DNA from: Dickeya dadantii NCPPB 898
GTDB taxonomy: Bacteria; Pseudomonadota; Gammaproteobacteria; Enterobacterales; Enterobacteriaceae
Assembly (NCBI RefSeq): GCF_000406145.1
Contig: NZ_CM001976.1
Span: forward strand, 2,350,833-2,382,832
Direction: 5' to 3'
DNA length: 32,000 nucleotides
Shown: one piece after another, positions 25,456-32,000 of the stretch
Layout: every line of letters begins with the position of its first letter
Numbering within the stretch: position 1 is the first letter of the stretch
The notes under the pieces: generated by a model
Told to the model about the DNA's origin: nothing
Seen by the model: the letters and a program-made list of their open reading frames with translations, nothing else
Databases searched by the model: none
Made by a program: the position numbers and the translations under genes

Positions 25456-26418
25456 ATGAACAACTCACACATTAACCTCCCCGCTGGTTACTTTGGCATC
25501 GTCCTTGGCATCATTGGATTGGGATTTTCCTGGCGGTTCGCGGCGACTATCTGGCCCGTCACAACCATACCCGCTAATACCCTCATCTTTCTGGCAATAA
25601 TCATATGGGCGCTCTTGATGTTGGCGTTGATTATAAGAATGCTCCGGCATGCCGACAGCCTTCTTCAGGAGATAAGACACCCGCTCAAAAGCAGTTTTGT
25701 GAGCCTGGCGCCGGCGACGTCGATGCTTGTCGCGATAGGGATTGCGCCATGGAATCACCCGATAGCTCTCGGCCTTTTCCTGATTGCTGTCGCTATCCAA
25801 CTCACCTACTCAGCCTGGCAAACAGCAGGATTATGGAAAGGGAAACATCCCAGAGAAGCCACTACGCCGGGGCTGTATCTTCCAACCGTCGCGAATAATT
25901 TTATCAGTGCGATGGCATGTGGGGCGCTGGGGTTCCAGGATGTCGGGATCCTGTTTCTTGGGGCCGGGATTTTTTCCTGGCTTAGCCTTGAACCCGCAAT
26001 TCTGAGTCGGTTACGAAATCTTGATGAAATGTCCCCAGCCGTACGGACGTCGCTCGGCATTCAGATGGCTCCGGCTTTTGTGGCCTGCAGCGCCTGGTTA
26101 AGCGTGAATGGCGGCCAGGCGGATGTTTTTGCTAAATTATTGTTCGGTTATGGCCTGTTACAGATGCTGTTTATGATAAGGCTGATTCCCTGGTACTGTT
26201 GTCAGCCATTTAACCCCTCATTCTGGAGTTTCTCATTTGGTGTCGCGTCATTGGCGACAACGTCCATCCGACTGGGGAATGCTGTACCGGGCGGAGCATT
26301 ATACTGGATATCATTCCCGTTATTTATTGCCTCTAATCTGGTTATCGTACTCCTTATGATAAAAACAGCGTCTCTTTTATTCAGCGGGAAATTAATCATC
26401 AGGGAAAACAGTAATTGA
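25456..26418 (+). CDS. tehA: TehA: tellurite-resistance / dicarboxylate transporter (TDT, SLAC1-like) family
   Basis: Start at ATG 25456, 7 nt after AGGAG (25444-25448). Long identities to E. coli TehA as recalled: [83 protein letters not shown]. No tehB follows. Confidence 0.9.
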   Translation: MNNSHINLPAGYFGIVLGIIGLGFSWRFAATIWPVTTIPANTLIFLAIIIWALLMLALIIRMLRHADSLLQEIRHPLKSSFVSLAPATSMLVAIGIAPWNHPIALGLFLIAVAIQLTYSAWQTAGLWKGKHPREATTPGLYLPTVANNFISAMACGALGFQDVGILFLGAGIFSWLSLEPAILSRLRNLDEMSPAVRTSLGIQMAPAFVACSAWLSVNGGQADVFAKLLFGYGLLQMLFMIRLIPWYCCQPFNPSFWSFSFGVASLATTSIRLGNAVPGGALYWISFPLFIASNLVIVLLMIKTASLLFSGKLIIRENSN

Positions 26419-26561
26419 CCCCCTATTTTCCCCGCGCTTAAAAATCACAATGGCCTGATGCGATAATACGGTATGAAAAAGAGTCTTCCGCTATCCGGGT
26501 GGAAGGCTCCTGATCTGATGTTTAACTGCCATAATGGAACATCACCGTCAATTTGAGATGT

Positions 26562-27080
26562 TCACTTTAAACGCAGGTGATTGTTCTTTGCCCACTGCCT
26601 TAATCTCCCATTAGCATTGGCATAGGGTGATGACGTGTTCAATGAGATCATACGTCCCATTGTCCATTTGCCATACCATGGCTTGCCATACAGATCTTCA
26701 TCAGTGCGCTCGTCAATCAGCCTCACTATTTCGTCTTTTACCGACTGAAGGTTATTGATTAACGTCTGGTAATTTAATCCTTTGTAATCAAAGTAAAATT
26801 TCTGCGCCAGAAGCCCGAGCTGATTCCACTTGTAACCGGTTTCTGGGAAATCAACAGGTTGCCCTGTTGCGTCACCGCTAATCCATTTTACAACCAGAGT
26901 GTTCCATCCCAGCAAATACGAAACAAGCTCACAAACACTCATCTCCGTGCCTTTTGCATGGCCATCCAGCGATTTATCCGCAGTGAGCTCTGGCGGAATC
27001 GCATTGAGGTAACCGATTAATTTCGTGAAATTTTTATCAATAGCGAAAAGTAGTTCGGATTTTGTTTGTGGCACGCCCAT
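26562..27080 (-). CDS. ClbS/DfsB-family four-helix-bundle protein (DUF1706; colibactin self-protection protein family)
   Basis: Start moved to ATG 27080 (MGVPQTKSELL...). Family-typical blocks: LDGHAKGTEMSV.ELVSYL.GW, FPE.GYKWNQLG.LAQKFY.DY, DLYGKPWYGKWTMGRMI..NTSSPY.NA.GRL. Confidence 0.82.
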   Translation of the reverse strand: MGVPQTKSELLFAIDKNFTKLIGYLNAIPPELTADKSLDGHAKGTEMSVCELVSYLLGWNTLVVKWISGDATGQPVDFPETGYKWNQLGLLAQKFYFDYKGLNYQTLINNLQSVKDEIVRLIDERTDEDLYGKPWYGKWTMGRMISLNTSSPYANANGRLRQWAKNNHLRLK

Positions 27081-27478
27081 CAAGAACGCCCTCTCAGTTT
27101 TAAAAAAGATGCCGGTGTGGTGTCTGGAAAACAATCAATTATGACCCACCTGCCACTACAGGGGAAGCACCATAAAAAACACCGGTTCGGATCGATAAAA
27201 CGCAACGGTCAGGCTGGTGAGGAATAATTCTGGTCGTTGCCATAAAATTCCCATCAGTTCTCAATTGAATATATGGATATCATTGCGTTACATCACATTA
27301 TTTCCCATTTATTCCTCCCGGATTTATATTTAATCCACACAATGACGAATAATTTCTTTTTCTATGATGAATCGTTGTCTTTAATTTTTTTAGGATTTAT
27401 CTTATTCACTGAAATATAAATATTACACAATGTTTAATGTGAAGCGGGATGTGCTTCTCATCTTACATCAAATAATAT

Positions 27479-28183
27479 ATGGACATGACTATGATGACAT
27501 TCAAAAAGGCTTTATTAATATCTTCACTGTTATTACCTCTGGCCCATAGTGCCCAGGCTGCCTGGGAACTTGGCGATATCTGCTACGGCTATGCGACTGC
27601 CACGGGTTCAGGTTATTCCGGCGGCGCTTTATTATTGGACCCAATCCCTGCCAATATGGAGATAACCGCGTTAAACAGAGCGCAACTGGACTATAAAGGA
27701 GTTAAAGCGGCGCTCGCCGGCGCTTATCTCAAAGTTACCGGGCCTAAGGGAAGTACAACGGTGTATGTCACTGACTTATACCCTGAAGGCGGCGATTGTG
27801 CACTGGATCTATCATTCAATGCGTTCGAGAAAATTGGTAATTTGCAGGATGGTAAAATTAATATCCAATGGGAATTAGTAAAGGCACCGATAAGCGGTAA
27901 TGTGGTGTACAGAGTTAAAGAAGGATCTAATCCTTATTGGGCTGCAGTACAATTCAGAAATGTCAAATATCCGATTATTGGGATGAAGTATCTGCGAGGC
28001 AATCAGTGGGTCAGTGCGCCAAAAACAGATTACAATCATTTTATTTTGGAGTTCGTTGGTAAAAATGATATTCCGATCGAATTTACCGATCTCAAAGGTA
28101 ATATCTTAAGCGATACGCTCCCGCCGATGTCAGACAGCACGTCGTCCGCCTATTTGATCACCGGAAAAGTACAACTGCCTTAA
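27479..28183 (+). CDS. yoaJ: Bacterial expansin (EXLX1/YoaJ-type; DPBB domain plus CBM63)
   Basis: 234 aa with a signal peptide (…PLAHSAQA/AWE). Near-identical blocks to B. subtilis YoaJ as recalled: GYAT.TGSGYSGGA.LLDPIP..MEITA.N, GVKAALAG.YL.V.GPKG.TTVYVTDLYPEG, ALDLS.NAF.KIGN..DGKINI.W..VKAPI.GN, WAA.Q.RN.KYP. The start is ambiguous among ATG 27479, 27485, 27491 and 27494. Confidence 0.88.
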   Translation: MDMTMMTFKKALLISSLLLPLAHSAQAAWELGDICYGYATATGSGYSGGALLLDPIPANMEITALNRAQLDYKGVKAALAGAYLKVTGPKGSTTVYVTDLYPEGGDCALDLSFNAFEKIGNLQDGKINIQWELVKAPISGNVVYRVKEGSNPYWAAVQFRNVKYPIIGMKYLRGNQWVSAPKTDYNHFILEFVGKNDIPIEFTDLKGNILSDTLPPMSDSTSSAYLITGKVQLP

Positions 28184-28214
28184 TTTCTATGATGACAGGA
28201 TACTGAGCAAATAA

Positions 28215-28243
28215 GAGTTACCGGTGATACCGGTAGCTCTTTC
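28215..28243 (+). terminator. Hairpin terminator downstream of the expansin gene
   Basis: 12-bp stem AGAGTTACCGGT / ACCGGTAGCTCT (one G-U pair) with loop GAT, followed by the pyrimidine run TTCCTCTCTCC. It begins 32 nt after the stop. Confidence 0.55.
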
Positions 28244-28591
28244 CTCTCTCCTCTGGCCCTCTTCGCTTTTTCCACTAAACCGCCCACGTTTTGCCTGCAA
28301 ACTGGTTTTATCCACTCCGTGTTTTTCGTCAACGCGGGCGCTGCCTGCTGACACACCTCGCCTGCCCCCAGATAGCCAACGCCATGCTGAGTGCCCGCAA
28401 CATTCCCTTGACAGGCCTTAAATGTCAATGCAAAACTATACCGTACGGTTTAGTTAATGTGTTGGCGTTAGCTCACCCGGTAAGTGGGGTTAATCAGAAG
28501 GCTAACGCCGTATAGAGAAGGTTTCCGCCTTCACCAGGGAAGTCAGTGTTACGTCACTCAACAATAAGTTCTTTATCACAGGATACGTCAA

Positions 28592-29257
28592 ATGAAAGCA
28601 TTCGCACGGGCCGCCCAGCCAGCCATCGTGACCCTCGCCATCTTTTTGGCCGGTTGTTCTGGTAGCCAGCAACCCTTACGCTACACCGGTATTGGTTCAT
28701 CAGCCCAGTTGACCCCTAACAGCGGTGATGCATCCGACCGAATCCCCTTCAAGTACGCCGCGCCGGTTGACTGGAAAAAGTACAACAGCATTATCATTGA
28801 GCCTGTCGTGGTGTATTCAGGCAGCGACAATCAGTTTGGCGACCTGTCCGTGTCTGACAGGCAACAACTTGCCGCCTATATGCAAACAAAGTTCGAAGAG
28901 GCGCTGCGCCCACGCTTCAGGCAGGCGACAGCATCTGCGCCGGATGCTTTACGTCTGAAACTGACGCTTACCGGTGCCGAAACCACGACGCAAGTGGTAG
29001 GGACATTCACCAAGTTCGACCTTGCCGGCGGCCCTTACAACATCGTGCAATCTATTCGTGGCAAAGAGGGCATGTTCAGCGGTTCGGTGAGTTATGCTGT
29101 CGAGATCTACGACTCTACTTCCAATCGCTTGCTTCATGCCTATGTCGCTAAGCAATACCCGAACGCCATGAACGTTTCTGCCACCATTGGCTCATTGAGC
29201 GCGGCAGAAGTCGGGATCGATAAAGGTGCAGACGAGCTGGCCGGCATACTGAAATAA
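28592..29257 (+). CDS. DUF3313-family lipoprotein
   Basis: 221 aa. Lipobox FLAG/CSGS (signal peptidase II site). The overall pattern (IEPV.V, D...L..Y....F) fits DUF3313 as recalled. Confidence 0.75.
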   Translation: MKAFARAAQPAIVTLAIFLAGCSGSQQPLRYTGIGSSAQLTPNSGDASDRIPFKYAAPVDWKKYNSIIIEPVVVYSGSDNQFGDLSVSDRQQLAAYMQTKFEEALRPRFRQATASAPDALRLKLTLTGAETTTQVVGTFTKFDLAGGPYNIVQSIRGKEGMFSGSVSYAVEIYDSTSNRLLHAYVAKQYPNAMNVSATIGSLSAAEVGIDKGADELAGILK

Positions 29258-29326
29258 GCGATCCCCGTTGACCGGCCGAGTCGCCTGTAAGGCGTCACCG
29301 CGGGCATACCGGTAAATGTTAAAAAC

Positions 29327-29355
29327 AACAGATAACCGAAAGCCGGTTATCTGTT
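29327..29355 (+). terminator. Hairpin terminator after the DUF3313 gene
   Basis: Perfect 12-bp stem AACAGATAACCG / CGGTTATCTGTT with loop AAAGC, followed by TCCCC. An A-run lies upstream. Confidence 0.6.
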
Positions 29356-29389
29356 TCCCCCCTTATCTTGCTGAGTATTGTCCACCGCG

Positions 29390-30019
29390 ATGAAAAGCTA
29401 CCCGTATTTAATCGCCTGCCCACACTGCGGTGGCGTGTATCGCCTCCGCCCGCTGGTCGGCAACGATGTCGCGCAATGTGTGCGCTGTCTGGCCATTCTT
29501 TATCGCTCCTCGTCGATGGACCCGGCACGTTTGCTTCCGCTGGCTTTTGCTTCCGCCATCACCTTTCTGATGGCTAATGCCTGGCCTGTCATGACGGTGA
29601 GTTTTCATGGATTAACCCATAACGTGACGCTCTGGCAATCCATGTGGTCGCTTGCTCAGGGTGATACCGCCCTTCTGGCGTGGTGCGCGGTGCTGTTCCT
29701 TATTCTTGCCCCTTCTTTACAAATCATGCTGTTAACCTGGATTTTGTTGTTCGCAAGCGCCCGCCGGCGGGCACCGGGCTTTATCGCCATCATGAAAACG
29801 CTGAGGTGGTTACGCCCCTGGAACATGATGGAAGTGGGTCTGCCCGGTTTTTTGGTCGCGGCGGGGAAACTGTCCGGTCTGCTGGATGTCTCTGTCGAGC
29901 CCGGAGGGTGGTTTCTGGTGGCTTCATTGATACTGGTTTTTATCATTACCCGTCAGGAGAATCGTTGGCTGTGGGCGCTTGGCGCGACCGTTCATCACGG
30001 AAAGGCGCATCATGCATAA
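29390..30019 (+). CDS. PqiA-family half-protein 1 (single PqiA domain with N-terminal Cys4 zinc ribbon)
   Basis: I prefer ATG 29390 (MKSYPYLIACPHCGGVYRLRPLVGNDVAQCVRC...: CxxC-N16-CxxC); the listed start is TTG 29378. Four TM helices. It corresponds to the N-terminal half of E. coli PqiA. Confidence 0.78.
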   Translation: MKSYPYLIACPHCGGVYRLRPLVGNDVAQCVRCLAILYRSSSMDPARLLPLAFASAITFLMANAWPVMTVSFHGLTHNVTLWQSMWSLAQGDTALLAWCAVLFLILAPSLQIMLLTWILLFASARRRAPGFIAIMKTLRWLRPWNMMEVGLPGFLVAAGKLSGLLDVSVEPGGWFLVASLILVFIITRQENRWLWALGATVHHGKAHHA

Positions 30020-30632
30020 AGTGCCGTCAGCCCGTCAGATGAATGTCTGCGATTGCCCGGTTTGCGGGCTGGTTTTCGACGCACCGGCGGCGGATGACCG
30101 TAACGCCCGTTGCCCACGTTGCCACACCCGGTTTGATGCACATTCCCCAGGCAGCACCGCCCTGTCGTGGGCTCTGCTGCTTGCCGCCCTGATTTTTTAC
30201 ATTCCGGCCAATACCCTACCGGTGATGCACACCAGCCAGCTCGCCAGCGGCGGCGAAAGCACGATTATGTCTGGCGTCGTCGACTTCTGGCAGCATGGCT
30301 CGTATGGCATTGCCCTGATCATATTTGTTGCCAGCGTGGTGATCCCTTGCATGAAGTTCCTGTCCCTGATACTCCTGCTGGTCACCGCTCGTCGGAAAAG
30401 CGCTTGGGCAAGACGCGAACGCACCCGGCTCTATCGCATAACGGAATGGATCGGCCGCTGGTCCATGCTGGATGTGATTGTCGTGGCAGTGGTGTGCAGC
30501 CTGGTTCGCTTTCATTCGCTGGGCGAAGCGGAACCCCGCCCCGGCATCCTGTTTTTTGGACTGGTGGTTATCCTGACCATGCTCTCCGCCATGAGTTTCG
30601 ATCCGCGTTCGATCTGGGAGGAGGAGCAATGA
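30012..30632 (+). CDS. PqiA-family half-protein 2
   Basis: ATG 30012 overlaps the stop of half 1 (ATGCATAA). It has CDCPVCG...CPRC (a second zinc ribbon), plus IPANTLPVM, GSYGIALIIF.ASV.IP, and EWIGRWSMLDV.VVAV and MSFDPR, matching the C-terminal half of E. coli PqiA. Confidence 0.82.
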   Translation: MHKVPSARQMNVCDCPVCGLVFDAPAADDRNARCPRCHTRFDAHSPGSTALSWALLLAALIFYIPANTLPVMHTSQLASGGESTIMSGVVDFWQHGSYGIALIIFVASVVIPCMKFLSLILLLVTARRKSAWARRERTRLYRITEWIGRWSMLDVIVVAVVCSLVRFHSLGEAEPRPGILFFGLVVILTMLSAMSFDPRSIWEEEQ

Positions 30633-32000
30633 ATCCGATGTTACCGGGTGAGATCACCGCCATTCGCCGCAGCTGGCGTCATGCCGCTATCTGGTTCGTC
30701 CCGGTTATCGCGCTGGCGATCAGCCTCGCTATGCTGGTTCAGTCTCGCCTGTCCGCCGGTCCTGACATCACCCTTTCCTTTCGCAGTGCGACAGGGCTTG
30801 AAGCCGGTAAAACCACGGTTAAATACAAAGACGTCACGGTCGGAATAGTAAAAGATATCGTTATTAACGATGACGGTTCCCGTGTTCTGGTCAGGGTGCA
30901 ACTGAACAAAAGCGCAGAGAATCTGGCGCGCAGCGGCTCACGGTTTTGGGTAGTCAGGCCACGCGTGGGGATGAGCGGCGTCAGCGGCATTGATACCCTG
31001 TTATCCGGCGCCTATATCGGCGTGGATAAAGGCTATTCATCGGAAACCCGGCGCGAATTTACCGGTCTGGAAACCCCGCCCGCCATTATCAATGACATGC
31101 CAGGGAGCCATTTTGTCATCGACGCCGACGATTTGGGGTCGTTGGATATCGGCTCGCCGATTTACTACCGCCGGGTACAGGTGGGACGTCTTGCTTCTTA
31201 TCATCTGAAAGAAGACGGCCGTGGCGTCAGTTTACAGGTTTTCATCGATGCGCCTTATGACCGACTGGTGCAGCCTGACACCCGTTTCTGGAATGTCAGC
31301 GGCGTCGACCTATCCGTCGGTGCCAACGGCTTTCGCCTGAAAACGCAGACCGTGGCTGCGGTGCTGGCCGGCGGCATCGCGTTTGCCACCCCGGAGAGCA
31401 ATAAAGATAGCGATAAAACGCCGGCGATTAACTCCCCCGTCAGCTATCGATTGGCACCGGATCAGGAGTCCGCCATGTCGGCGCCGGATGGGCAGGCGAT
31501 TCCATTCCGGCTTCGGTTTGAACGTGCGTTACATGGGCTGGACATCGGCGCGCCGGTAGAATTTTCCAGCGTCACCATTGGTCGGGTTACGGCTATCACG
31601 CTGGATTATAATCCCACTGGCTATCGTTTCCCGACGATCGTGGATGTTGAGGTCTACCCCGCTCGTCTGGGAAATTTGCTGGATAAACTGCCCGGTTCAT
31701 CGCCATCTGAATCCCCTTCGCCCGCAGAAACAGTGAACAAAGCCGCCCTGTTCACCCGTGACCTTGTCGCCCACGGCCTGCGGGCCCAGGCGGTTCCCGG
31801 CAACCTGTTGACCGGGCAACTGTATGTTTCATTCGATTTTGTGCCTGATGCCCCCAACGTCCGCTTTAATCCAAACGCCCGCCCCATCGAATTACCGACC
31901 GTCAGCGGCGGGCTGGATAAACTGCAAGCGCAATTGGGCGGTATCGTCGCCAAAGTTAACAACATGCCGCTGGAGTCTATCGGCAATAACCTGAACAACA
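30629..32000 (+). CDS. PqiB-family MCE-domain intermembrane transport protein (3' end outside window)
   Basis: ATG 30629 overlaps the preceding stop (ATGA). I translated the frame by hand to base 31999 without meeting a stop, which is why it is absent from the ORF track. It has an N-terminal TM helix, then repeated MCE blocks matching E. coli PqiB: GKTTVKYKDVTVG, RFWVVRPR.G..GVSG..TLLSGAYI, I.APYDRLV, GAPVEF, GNLLTGQLYV.FDF, LPTVSGGLDKLQ. Confidence 0.85.
   Translation, partial: MNPMLPGEITAIRRSWRHAAIWFVPVIALAISLAMLVQSRLSAGPDITLSFRSATGLEAGKTTVKYKDVTVGIVKDIVINDDGSRVLVRVQLNKSAENLARSGSRFWVVRPRVGMSGVSGIDTLLSGAYIGVDKGYSSETRREFTGLETPPAIINDMPGSHFVIDADDLGSLDIGSPIYYRRVQVGRLASYHLKEDGRGVSLQVFIDAPYDRLVQPDTRFWNVSGVDLSVGANGFRLKTQTVAAVLAGGIAFATPESNKDSDKTPAINSPVSYRLAPDQESAMSAPDGQAIPFRLRFERALHGLDIGAPVEFSSVTIGRVTAITLDYNPTGYRFPTIVDVEVYPARLGNLLDKLPGSSPSESPSPAETVNKAALFTRDLVAHGLRAQAVPGNLLTGQLYVSFDFVPDAPNVRFNPNARPIELPTVSGGLDKLQAQLGGIVAKVNNMPLESIGNNLNN

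Noticed and set aside
27252-27440. Short ORFs (19-25 codons, for example MTNNFFFYDESLSLIFLGFILFTEI) in the AT-rich region upstream of the expansin gene.
   Set aside because: No Shine-Dalgarno sequence precedes them. ORFs of this length arise readily by chance. There is nothing to anchor a small-protein or leader-peptide claim.
1-32000. A search of both strands by eye for CRISPR arrays, tRNA or rRNA genes, IS elements, integrases, toxin-antitoxin pairs or known phage-defence genes.
   Set aside because: None was found. There are no regularly spaced repeats, no cloverleaf-like T-arm/acceptor signatures, and no ORF with transposase, integrase, nuclease-helicase or reverse-transcriptase motifs. 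The only mobility signal is the Xer/dif architecture reported above.

Overview
This is a 32-kb chromosomal segment from a high-GC enterobacterium. Gene content (bacterial expansin, glucosylglycerate genes, E. coli-like ydg/ynf synteny) suggests a soft-rot Pectobacteriaceae genome, Dickeya-like; that is inference only. About 30 protein-coding genes are supported. I saw no rRNA, tRNA, CRISPR array, transposase or integrase.

Bases 1-20.8 kb are mostly conserved core genes: ydgJ', yfeH, an NTF2-like secreted protein, add, an EamA exporter with an Lrp/AsnC regulator, ydgA, manA, fumC, tus, ynfM, ynfL, mlc, ynfK, a ynfD-like gene, ynfB, ydfG and a SAM methyltransferase. These are followed by a gpgP-gpgS compatible-solute operon.

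The window spans the replication terminus. A TerB-like Tus-binding site sits just upstream of tus (10908-10930). A near-perfect 28-bp dif site lies at 21570-21597, matching E. coli dif at 27/28.

The most interesting feature abuts dif. A roughly 1.7-kb low-GC cassette holds an Oac-like AT3 acyltransferase and an amber-interrupted hypothetical gene. It is bracketed in direct orientation by dif and a degenerate dif-like site (23329-23356) that keeps the central region and XerD arm. No recombinase is present. This is the architecture of an element that uses the host Xer system (IMEX or dif module).

Right of the cassette lies a mosaic of accessory and decayed genes:
- a LysR gene and an EamA gene, both 5'-truncated and fused head-to-head by a deletion, with an extra frameshift in the EamA gene
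- tehA without tehB
- an orphan ClbS/DfsB-family gene
- a YoaJ-type expansin
- a DUF3313 lipoprotein
- an MCE-type system with PqiA split into two translationally coupled half-genes, plus a PqiB paralogue that runs off the window

All calls rest on reading and translating the sequence by eye and on recalled family signatures. No database search was run.
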